Source of the DNA: Candidatus Minusculum obligatum
GTDB lineage: Bacteria; Patescibacteriota; Minisyncoccia; Phycocordibacterales; Phycocordibacteraceae
Direction of reading: 5' to 3'
DNA: 64,000 nucleotides
Assembly (NCBI GenBank): GCA_002331145.1
Contig: DCYT01000001.1
Span: 154,002 to 218,001 of the forward strand
Shown here: piece by piece, positions 57,078-64,000 of the stretch
Layout of the letters: every line of letters starts with the position of its first letter
How positions within the stretch are numbered: position 1 is the stretch's first letter
Program-made: the position numbers and the translations under genes
Notes under the pieces: generated by a model
What the model was told of the DNA's origin: nothing
The model's database searches: none
The model's input: only the letters and a program-made list of their open reading frames with translations

Positions 57078-57873
57078 TTTCTTCTTCAGCTACTTGCTGC
57101 GAAGATACATATGCATCAACTGCTCCTAGAATGTCCTCAGCACTGATGAACTGTGCACCAGATCCTTCGGTTACAGCTACATGCATTCCAATAATATCTC
57201 CGAGCGTTGAAATAAGTGTTGTTCCGTATGGCAATCGAGACTGCGCTAGATTTGTACCAATATCAGAACCTTCTACTACAGAAACAATTCCTGTCTCTAG
57301 CGCAGATCCTGCGCCAAGTGCGAAGACACTTTGTCCCCGCCGCACTCCCTCAAGTGTTGCAAACTCATATCCCCCAATTACAGGAAGAGTCTCGCCCTCT
57401 CCTAATGCTGGCTTAATGAGTGCAACGCCACTTTCAGTATTCTCTACTACTTCTCCCTCAAATACAGAACCTCCTGCAAATTTGATAAGAACTTCGTCTG
57501 CACTGACCCCATCAGAGCCAGACGCAATAAGTCCTTGATTTGGCAGGAAGAGTCCTGTTGCTACAGATGCGCTTGTTGTTGTTCCAACATGCAGATTAAC
57601 AACACGACTTGCATGTGCTTCTACAGAATCTCCAAGCACATCTTCTTCTTTCACTACTACCGTAGTCTCTCGAGTTACAACAGCTGCTCCAGCTTCTCCT
57701 TGCTCCACCTTTTCAATTGTTCGCTCTACAACTCGGTTTACTGTCTGTGTCACCGTCTGAGGAGTCTCCTCAAGAAGTGACACGGTAAGTACTCCTGTTG
57801 CAGTAGACGTAACAAAAGAAACTAGCAAAGTAAGAAGAAGTAATTGTGATTTTGAGAGCTGTTCAATATCCAT
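57064..57873 (-). CDS. Trypsin-like (HtrA-like) peptidase-fold protein that apparently lacks the canonical catalytic Ser/His motifs.
   Basis: N-terminal transmembrane anchor. A fold-like pattern is present, but no GDSGGP or TNAHV motifs are. Confidence 0.35.
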   Translation of the reverse strand: MDIEQLSKSQLLLLTLLVSFVTSTATGVLTVSLLEETPQTVTQTVNRVVERTIEKVEQGEAGAAVVTRETTVVVKEEDVLGDSVEAHASRVVNLHVGTTTSASVATGLFLPNQGLIASGSDGVSADEVLIKFAGGSVFEGEVVENTESGVALIKPALGEGETLPVIGGYEFATLEGVRRGQSVFALGAGSALETGIVSVVEGSDIGTNLAQSRLPYGTTLISTLGDIIGMHVAVTEGSGAQFISAEDILGAVDAYVSSQQVAEEENATI

Positions 57874-57940
57874 AAGAGCAGTATACGAAGCAAGCGTCAG
57901 AATGACAAATCGTTACGCCTGTACTGCTTAAAATGTACGA

Positions 57941-59113
57941 CTAAATTGTGTGCTCGTCAAGAAATTCTACGCCCTCTTTTAGAGCTTTCACAAACCCTCT
58001 CATCTGCTGTTTTGTATGATCTGGACCTAATGTAATTCGAAGTGTTGAAAGTGCTTTTTCTTCATCTCCTGTAACTACTCGCACAACATCTGAACCTTCT
58101 CCTGCTCCACTGTCACAAGTTATCTTCGTAGAAACTGCATATCCTTTCTTATCTAAAAATGCAGCAAGGTACTCACTATCTCTTCCAGGGAAAGAAATGT
58201 TTATGTTGTTTGCGACTCGCTTGATCTTGTCTCCATTTAAATGCACATTCTTTATTTCCTTCTCAATCTCATTAAGAGTCCAGTTTCGAAGCATTGTTAT
58301 CTCTTCACCCACCTTTTCATGATTCTCTTGCGCATCTACAAGTGCGTGAGCAAATCCAACGGCAAGCGCTACGTTCTCTGTCCCTGGTCGCATGCCACCC
58401 TCTTGTCCTCCACCAAATAGAATTGGAGCTAGTGCTACAGGCCTCTTTTTAATAAGGGCTCCAATTCCTCGTGGTCCTCCAAACTTCTGTCCGTCAAGCA
58501 CCATCATATCTACTCCGATACTTTCAATAAGGACTGGAAGAAATAGAGCAGCTTGTGCTGCATCTGTATGCACTGCAATCTCTTTATTAAATTCAGATAC
58601 TTTTTGCTTTATCTTTCGAAGCGGCATGATTGTTCCAATCTCACTATTTACATACTGAACAGAAACAAGAACTGTTTTATTTGTTAGAACCTCTTTTACA
58701 CTTTCGGGTGTAATGATTCCCTCTTCATTTGGAAACACAATACTTACCAATACTCCTTTCTCTTTTAGCGCCTCAATGCTCTTAAGTACATTTACATGCT
58801 CAATAGCAGAGGTAACAACATGCATGTCCTTATATGTGCGTCCCTGCTGACGCAGTCCTTCTATATGCCCTAGGATTGCGAGTGTGTTTGCTTCAGTTGC
58901 TCCTGATGTAAAAATAACTTCTTCCTTTTTTACCTTCACAACGTCAGCAACATCAGAGCGTGCTTTCTCAAGCGCTTCCTTTGCCTCTCTTCCTTCCTGG
59001 TGGTTTGCTCCTGGATTTCCAAAGAAATTAAGAATGTGTGGCCTCATTGCAGAAAATACCGACTTCTTTGTTGGCATTGCGCTGGCATAATCTAGATATA
59101 CTCGCTTACTCAT
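57941..59113 (-). CDS. Cysteine desulfurase (class V aminotransferase, NifS/IscS-like).
   Basis: 390-aa PLP-fold protein with SGATEANTLAILG and a C-terminal Cys-containing loop (TCDSGAGEGS). Confidence 0.8.
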   Translation of the reverse strand: MSKRVYLDYASAMPTKKSVFSAMRPHILNFFGNPGANHQEGREAKEALEKARSDVADVVKVKKEEVIFTSGATEANTLAILGHIEGLRQQGRTYKDMHVVTSAIEHVNVLKSIEALKEKGVLVSIVFPNEEGIITPESVKEVLTNKTVLVSVQYVNSEIGTIMPLRKIKQKVSEFNKEIAVHTDAAQAALFLPVLIESIGVDMMVLDGQKFGGPRGIGALIKKRPVALAPILFGGGQEGGMRPGTENVALAVGFAHALVDAQENHEKVGEEITMLRNWTLNEIEKEIKNVHLNGDKIKRVANNINISFPGRDSEYLAAFLDKKGYAVSTKITCDSGAGEGSDVVRVVTGDEEKALSTLRITLGPDHTKQQMRGFVKALKEGVEFLDEHTI

Positions 59114-59132
59114 TACCTACTGTTGTACGCTC

Positions 59133-59657
59133 TTGTTTGCAAAACTGCAAGAGAGCAACTACCATGCTCTTATGACTGAGCTTCTCACCGTATTTAGTAG
59201 TGCAACACCCACCACACTCTTTATAGGAGGTCTTTTTCTTTTCAATCTCATTCTCCTTATATTGGTAGTTATTCTTTTTGTACGTCTTGGAAAGGTTTTC
59301 AAAGGAAAAAATGGAAAAGACCTTGAAGCTGTTGTCACTTTACTTGTAGAACATAAGCAAGATGCTGAGCAATTTCACAGAGAAGTTGCAGAAACATTCA
59401 TCGCATATGACGCTCGAATCAAGAAAAGTGCCCAGATGCCATCTGTTATGCGCTTTGATGCTTTTAATGGAACGGGAGAAGGTGGAAAGCAGAGTTTTGC
59501 CACTGCCCTTGTAAGTGAGGATGGGGATGGTATGGTGCTTTCAAGCCTTTATATGCGCGACAAGATGCGCATCTATGCAAAGCCTGTTGAGAAATACACA
59601 TCATCATTTGAACTAACTGATGAAGAGCAAGCAGTGCTAGCTAAAGCAAAGAAATAA
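59133..59657 (+). CDS. Hypothetical membrane-anchored protein (174 aa).
   Basis: Single N-terminal transmembrane helix with a charged C-terminal domain. It lies immediately upstream of infB. Confidence 0.4.
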   Translation: MFAKLQESNYHALMTELLTVFSSATPTTLFIGGLFLFNLILLILVVILFVRLGKVFKGKNGKDLEAVVTLLVEHKQDAEQFHREVAETFIAYDARIKKSAQMPSVMRFDAFNGTGEGGKQSFATALVSEDGDGMVLSSLYMRDKMRIYAKPVEKYTSSFELTDEEQAVLAKAKK

Positions 59658-59658
59658 T

Positions 59659-61146
59659 ATGAGTAACAAAACAACAGTACGACCTCCAGTAGTAGCCGTG
59701 ATGGGACACATCGATCACGGTAAATCTTCTTTGCTTGATTATGTTCGAAAGACAAATGTAGTAGATGGAGAAGCAGGAGGAATCACCCAGCACGTATCAG
59801 CGTATGAGGTAAATCACAAAACCGATGATGGTGAAAAGAAGATTACCTTCCTTGACACTCCAGGACATGAAGCATTCCAGGCAATGCGATCAAGCGGAGC
59901 TGTTATTGCTGACATCGCTATTTTGATTGTTGCAGGAGATGATGGCGTAAAACCTCAAACTCTTGAGGCATACACTGCTATTAAAGAAGCTGGCATTCCT
60001 TTTGTTGTTGCTATTACAAAAATAGACACCAACAATGCAAATGTTGAGAAGGTAAAGACCTCTCTTCTTGAGAATGAAATCTACCTTGAGGGTCTTGGAG
60101 GAGATATTCCCTTCGCTCCTATCTCATCAAAAACTGGAGAAGGTATTCCTGAGCTTCTTGACCTTATTCTTCTAACTGCAGACCTTGAGGAGCTAACAGG
60201 AGACGAATCTCTTCCAGCTGAAGGAGTCGTGCTTGAGGCAACAAAAGACAAGCAGCGAGGAGACTCAGCCACTCTTATCATCAAGAATGGATCTCTAAAG
60301 ACTGGTTCATTTGTTGTGGCAGGAAATACTATGGCACCTATTCGATTTATTGAAGACTTTAAAGGAGATCGGATAGATTCTGCAACATTCTCATCTCCTA
60401 TTCGTATTGTTGGATTTAACGAACTCCCTACTGTTGGATCTGCTTTCACTACCGTTGCCAAAAAGAAAGATGCCGAGAAGTTGGCAAAAGAAGGAGTTGC
60501 AGTACCCAAAGAGACTTTGGAACAGAAAGAAACTGAAACTGGAGCCATCCTCCCTCTTATTATCAAAGCTGATGTAGTTGGAAGTATTCCTGCTATCGAG
60601 CACGAGCTTAAAAAGCTCTCACACGATAATATCGCCATTAAGGTGCTTGATAGTGGTGTTGGAGCTATTAATGAAGGAGATATTAAAACTGCAGTAGCGG
60701 CTCCTAATGGAGTCTGTGTGGCATTCCACACTGGTATTGATAAGGCAGCAGCAGATCTTGCAGATCGCTCTGATATTGAAGCAAAGAGCTTTGATATCAT
60801 CTATGAGCTTGCTGAGTACGTAGAAGAGATTCTTAACTCTCGTGCTCCTAAAGTACAAAAGGAAGAAGTGCTTGGACGAGCAAAGATTATCCGTCTTTTC
60901 AATAAGGTTGGAACAAAGCAAGTATTTGGAGGGAAGGTAAAAGAAGGAGAAGTTCGTCTAAATAGTACCGTGCGTGTCTTACGACGAGATGTGGTACTTG
61001 GAGAAGGAAAACTTATAAACCTTCAGAGTATGCGAGTAGATGTAGATTCAGTTCCTGTAGATACTGAGTTTGGAGGACAGCTTGATTCAAAAGTTGAAAT
61101 GGCTGAAGGAGACTACATTGAGGCATACCACATTGTTGAATCATAA
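59659..61146 (+). CDS. infB: Translation initiation factor IF-2 (short form lacking the long N-terminal region).
   Basis: G-domain [16 protein letters not shown]...DTPGHEAF...NKID followed by beta-barrel domains. Confidence 0.9.
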   Translation: MSNKTTVRPPVVAVMGHIDHGKSSLLDYVRKTNVVDGEAGGITQHVSAYEVNHKTDDGEKKITFLDTPGHEAFQAMRSSGAVIADIAILIVAGDDGVKPQTLEAYTAIKEAGIPFVVAITKIDTNNANVEKVKTSLLENEIYLEGLGGDIPFAPISSKTGEGIPELLDLILLTADLEELTGDESLPAEGVVLEATKDKQRGDSATLIIKNGSLKTGSFVVAGNTMAPIRFIEDFKGDRIDSATFSSPIRIVGFNELPTVGSAFTTVAKKKDAEKLAKEGVAVPKETLEQKETETGAILPLIIKADVVGSIPAIEHELKKLSHDNIAIKVLDSGVGAINEGDIKTAVAAPNGVCVAFHTGIDKAAADLADRSDIEAKSFDIIYELAEYVEEILNSRAPKVQKEEVLGRAKIIRLFNKVGTKQVFGGKVKEGEVRLNSTVRVLRRDVVLGEGKLINLQSMRVDVDSVPVDTEFGGQLDSKVEMAEGDYIEAYHIVES

Positions 61147-61469
61147 TGACTGAGCGACAAGAAAAAGTTAGAGAGGAGCTACTGAAGATTGCGGGAGAGT
61201 TTATTTCTCGTGAAGCAAATAGGAATAACCTTATTACCGCAACAGATGCATCAATCTCCCCCGACCTAAAGCAAGCAACTGTATTCATTAGTGTATTCCC
61301 AAATGACAATGAGCAAGGAGCTCTTGCCTTCCTAAAGCGACATCGAAATGATTTTAGGACCTTCCTAAAGCAGAGAATATCGTTTAAAGTACTACCATTC
61401 GTTGATTTTAAAATTGACGAAGGAGAAAAAAATAGACAGCGTATTGATGAGCTGTCACAGCAAGATTAA
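61146..61469 (+). CDS. rbfA: Ribosome-binding factor A.
   Basis: 107-aa KH-like protein. Its ATG overlaps the infB stop, the classic infB-rbfA arrangement. Confidence 0.8.
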   Translation: MTERQEKVREELLKIAGEFISREANRNNLITATDASISPDLKQATVFISVFPNDNEQGALAFLKRHRNDFRTFLKQRISFKVLPFVDFKIDEGEKNRQRIDELSQQD

Positions 61470-61470
61470 A

Positions 61471-61541
61471 GGCCTGGTGGCGAAGTGGTAACGCTGGGGT
61501 TTGCAAAACCTCCATGCGCGGGTTCGATTCCCGCCCAGGCC
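61471..61541 (+). tRNA. tRNA-Cys (anticodon GCA).
   Basis: Manual fold GGCCTGG...anticodon loop TTGCAAA...GGTTCGATTCC...CCAGGCC. Confidence 0.75.
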
Positions 61542-61549
61542 TCACTCTT

Positions 61550-61635
61550 GCCGGGATGGTGGAATTGGTAGACACGAGGGACTTAAACTCCCTTGATCAA
61601 TTATGATCGTGCGGGTTCAAGTCCCGCTCCCGGCA
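61550..61635 (+). tRNA. tRNA-Leu (anticodon UAA), class II.
   Basis: Manual fold GCCGGGA...loop CTTAAAC...long variable arm...TCCCGGC. Confidence 0.75.
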
Positions 61636-61680
61636 CAAACGTTGCAAAATCTTGATAGTTCGTTACTATCTGGTGCATAT

Positions 61681-61753
61681 CCGCCTATAGCTCAGTTGGT
61701 AGAGCAACTGCCTCTTAAGCAGTGGGTCCTAGGTTCGAGTCCTAGTGGGCGGA
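61681..61753 (+). tRNA. tRNA-Lys (anticodon CUU).
   Basis: TAGCTCAGTTGGTAGAGCA D-arm, anticodon stem-loop ACTGC-CTCTTAA-GCAGT and TPsiC GGTTCGAGTCC. The acceptor pairs C1-G72 (unusual but it pairs). Confidence 0.65.
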
Positions 61754-61789
61754 CTCGCAAGTTTTTGATATACTGCGAACCGATCACAT

Positions 61790-61874
61790 GGGGATGTGGC
61801 GGAATTGGTAGACGCGCTAGTCTTAGGAACTAGTAGGGCAACCTGTGGGAGTTCAAGTCTCCCCATCCCCACCA
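61790..61874 (+). tRNA. tRNA-Leu (anticodon UAG), class II, with CCA encoded.
   Basis: GGGGATG...loop CTTAGGA...variable arm...CATCCCCACCA. Confidence 0.75.
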
Positions 61875-61998
61875 ATATATTGAAAGAAAGACCGCTATAC
61901 AAAGCGGTCTTTCTTTTTGACAAAGAGAGTGTTTATGGTATAATATATATAGACGTACAGATCTTCGTCAAAAAATCTAGCTACAAAGGAGGCTCCCT

Positions 61999-63000
61999 AT
62001 GTGGACCCTATCAATTGCGGTCACTACGGGGACTCTCCTCGTACTGATCACTGCGTTTTTCTTTTCTAAAAAAGGAACTACGCTTTCTTTGGCCATCGGT
62101 ATCGCTTTCAGCGTGTTGCTCGGCCTCATCATATACGGATTGATTATCTACGGATTCAGAATCGAGCTTTTTGCTCCCTCCTGGATTTCGCAGATTTTCG
62201 CACAGGTTGCTGGAGCCACTTCAGGCTTTACGCTTTTTCGGGCTGGAAGCATTCTTGTTCCCCTAAAGCACAGGGCGGTCATCACCGTGCTCGAAGAGCG
62301 TCGTAATGAATGCCCTACGCTTGGCGAAGGTGCTGCCTGGCTCTTCCCTGGGATCATGGATGCTGTTGCCGTCGATGCAAGGGACTTTGAGGTCAATGTT
62401 TCTGAGTTTGACGTACTTACATCTGATTACATGACGGTCAAGACCAACCCGACCATCGTGCTCGCCGTTGAGTGCCCGAGCGGATACCTAAACGTTGAAG
62501 GTCTCGAAGAGATTGTTCGTCAATTGACGCGACGTGCTACGCGCGCTCGCGCAAATGACCTTGATGTCGACAAGATCGTCATGGAAGACGAAGCACTTTC
62601 CGTTGCGGTCCTGAGTGAACTTCAGGAGTCCTCAGACAGAAATGGCTGGGGTATCAAAATCAAAGAAGTTCGGTTCGAAGGAATCACACCTCCCAAAGAG
62701 ATAACTAAGGCTGCTGAACTGGAGAAAATTGAAGAGTATCAGCGTAGTGCCGAAATATATGAGGCCAAAACCCTCGAAAAGAAAGTAAGTGTTCTTATGG
62801 ACAAGTTCGGCGATGTCGGCATGACACCTGATAAAGCGTTCAATCTGCTTCAGGCAGAGTCAGGGAAAATCACTCGTACCGCCTTCGACCTTGAGGGTAT
62901 CAATACGAGTGACGTTCTCGGAGCAATCGTTGCTGTTGTTGAAGAGCTACGGAAACAAGGTTCAAAAAACGACAGTAAGAATGATGGAGACGCATCATGA
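61999..63000 (+). CDS. SPFH/band-7 (stomatin/HflK-like) membrane protein.
   Basis: Two N-terminal transmembrane helices then an SPFH-like region. Local GC is clearly higher than the surrounding low-GC DNA. Confidence 0.55.
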   Translation: MWTLSIAVTTGTLLVLITAFFFSKKGTTLSLAIGIAFSVLLGLIIYGLIIYGFRIELFAPSWISQIFAQVAGATSGFTLFRAGSILVPLKHRAVITVLEERRNECPTLGEGAAWLFPGIMDAVAVDARDFEVNVSEFDVLTSDYMTVKTNPTIVLAVECPSGYLNVEGLEEIVRQLTRRATRARANDLDVDKIVMEDEALSVAVLSELQESSDRNGWGIKIKEVRFEGITPPKEITKAAELEKIEEYQRSAEIYEAKTLEKKVSVLMDKFGDVGMTPDKAFNLLQAESGKITRTAFDLEGINTSDVLGAIVAVVEELRKQGSKNDSKNDGDAS

Positions 63001-63422
63001 GTATGCCAACTTCACGCACCGTAGAGCACGGTCCGAAAGCAACACCTCGATGGCTTTGGCTTTGGTTGGTTATTGCTGTAATTCTCAGCTTGAATGGCAT
63101 CTACTATGCCCATCAAACTGAGCGGCGCAGCTTACAGAGCTCTCGCTCCTCACCCACACAGACCCAGGAAGTCGGGGTTGAAACCTTAACCCTGGCTCCT
63201 GGTGAGAATACACCAATTCAATATGTGCGGGGCAATCGCAGAGTTTGTTTTGACTCTTGGAGCATTGTTCGACCATACTTTTGGTACGATGATGACTCCA
63301 CTGGATCTCTCAAAAAATACGAGGATTCAGAAGTTACTTTTGTACGGTTCCAGATCAGAAATGACTCGGGAGATTCTCTCCCAATTCGCTTCTGGTATAG
63401 GCCATATAATGAAACTTGCTAG
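62997..63422 (+). CDS. Hypothetical membrane protein (141 aa), start-overlapped with the SPFH gene.
   Basis: ORF with a single transmembrane helix. No motif recognised. Confidence 0.35.
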   Translation: MSMPTSRTVEHGPKATPRWLWLWLVIAVILSLNGIYYAHQTERRSLQSSRSSPTQTQEVGVETLTLAPGENTPIQYVRGNRRVCFDSWSIVRPYFWYDDDSTGSLKKYEDSEVTFVRFQIRNDSGDSLPIRFWYRPYNETC

Positions 63423-63435
63423 ATAAATTGGCAAA

Positions 63436-63471
63436 ACGGTGAGCCTTTATGGCCCGCCGTTTTTCTTTTTT
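63436..63471 (+). terminator. Rho-independent terminator.
   Basis: 10-bp GC-rich stem ACGGTGAGCC/GGCCCGCCGT with a 5-nt loop, followed by TTTTCTTTTTT. Confidence 0.7.
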
Positions 63472-63653
63472 GCGTGTTGAGACAATAGGTCATTTTTTAT
63501 GAAATTGATTCACTTATTAAGAAAATGGCTTAAAATAAAGATTTTTTAGTTAATTTTCTTACTGAATATGTTAAATATTTACAACATTTTCTGAAAACCT
63601 AATATTTGTCTATAGTTCATAATTTTGTGAGCTATAGAAAAAGGAAAGAGAAA

Positions 63654-63824
63654 ATGAGTGGTAAAGAATATGGCCGCGGACGTAGCGATGGACAAGCAAA
63701 CAGCTACAAACCCCCGAGCGGCGACAGCACCTTTGGTTTCGGCGAAAGCCAGAAATCTATCGAAGCAAAAAAGGATTATTCTCAAGGCTGGAGGCACGGT
63801 CAAGAAGACCGTAAAAAGTCCTGA
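63654..63824 (+). CDS. Small hydrophilic Gly/charged-rich protein (56 aa), possibly stress-associated.
   Basis: Strong RBS AAAGGAAAGAG before the ATG. It is preceded by a very AT-rich promoter-like region and followed by a terminator. Confidence 0.4.
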   Translation: MSGKEYGRGRSDGQANSYKPPSGDSTFGFGESQKSIEAKKDYSQGWRHGQEDRKKS

Positions 63825-63839
63825 GTTCTCTAACTGCAA

Positions 63840-63874
63840 ACGGCGAGCCTTTATGGCCCGCCGTTTTCTTTTTT
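63840..63874 (+). terminator. Rho-independent terminator (near-identical copy of the one at 63436).
   Basis: ACGGCGAGCC-TTTAT-GGCCCGCCGT plus TTTTCTTTTTT. Confidence 0.7.
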
Positions 63875-64000
63875 ATAACGATTCTATTGGAGCATCTAAG
63901 CCGAACGTATTTAATACAATCCGTAAGATTCCGAACACACCAAACATAATGGCAAGCCCAACAATACCCCAAATCATATGACTTCTTCCTTTTGCACGCG

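Noticed and set aside
60081-60921. 239-aa and 100-aa minus-strand ORFs within infB
   Set aside because: They are antisense to infB. Their Ser/Ala-rich low-complexity translations are artefacts of the AT-poor third positions on the opposite strand.
1-64000. CRISPR arrays, rRNA genes and IS elements with terminal inverted repeats
   Set aside because: I found no regularly spaced direct repeats, no rRNA-like conserved stretches and no transposase (DDE/HUH) ORFs. The only recombinases are serine and short tyrosine types, which are described above.

Overview
The window has two compositionally unrelated parts that meet at about 40.5 kb, exactly at a tRNA-Gln gene. All GC figures in this answer are estimates by eye.

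**Part 1 (1 to ~40.5 kb, about 60-65 % GC):** entirely accessory or mobile DNA.
- A type II secretion (gsp) cluster on the minus strand with a divergent gspG. Genes seen: D, K, E, F, I, an H/J-like pseudopilin, L, M and a small C/N-like gene. The secretin carries a lipobox.
- A 1412-aa signal-peptide-bearing RHS/YD-repeat toxin whose C-terminal domain is glycine-zipper rich and follows the DPxGL core. It is flanked by a small membrane immunity candidate, a 66-aa secreted YD mini-protein and an RHS remnant.
- Decayed fragments of a large serine recombinase family that has two C-terminal XRE HTH domains.
- A quinone oxidoreductase, a translationally coupled B12-dependent glutamate mutase pair (GlmE/GlmS-like) and a membrane desaturase.
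- An AT-richer 460-bp spacer followed by an orphan 1244-aa protein with no recognisable catalytic motifs.
- An intact 642-aa serine recombinase with tandem C-terminal HTH domains, next to an HTH / membrane / lipoprotein operon.
- Two homologous FimB/FimE-sized tyrosine recombinases (198 and 185 aa), each bracketed by inverted core-type sites that share a TGAA(C/T)AC half-site. This looks like a nested DNA-inversion (shufflon-like) switch. Its cargo is a TIM-barrel enzyme and a prenyltransferase-repeat protein with an AT-rich C-terminal transmembrane extension.
- Two paralogous FtsK/HerA/TraD-superfamily ATPases separated by a small gene.
- A 582-aa ParB-nuclease-domain protein, a DUF3768-like protein, a P-loop NTPase and a terminal large serine recombinase that reads into the 3' end of tRNA-Gln.

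**Part 2 (~40.6 to 64 kb, about 40 % GC):** compact housekeeping DNA.
- Protein genes: dnaX, dus, ftsQ-like, serS, dprA, topA, a short Rel/SpoT, parB, tdk, peroxiredoxin, miaA, rpmG, clpB, cysteine desulfurase, infB, rbfA and an SPFH protein.
- tRNAs: Leu(CAA), Trp, Cys, Leu(TAA), Lys and Leu(TAG).
- Several traits are reminiscent of Patescibacteria/CPR-like reduced genomes (short DnaX, IF-2 and Rel).

The junction is either a genuine integrative element inserted in the tRNA-Gln 3' end or an assembly chimera. Both readings are flagged in the findings.
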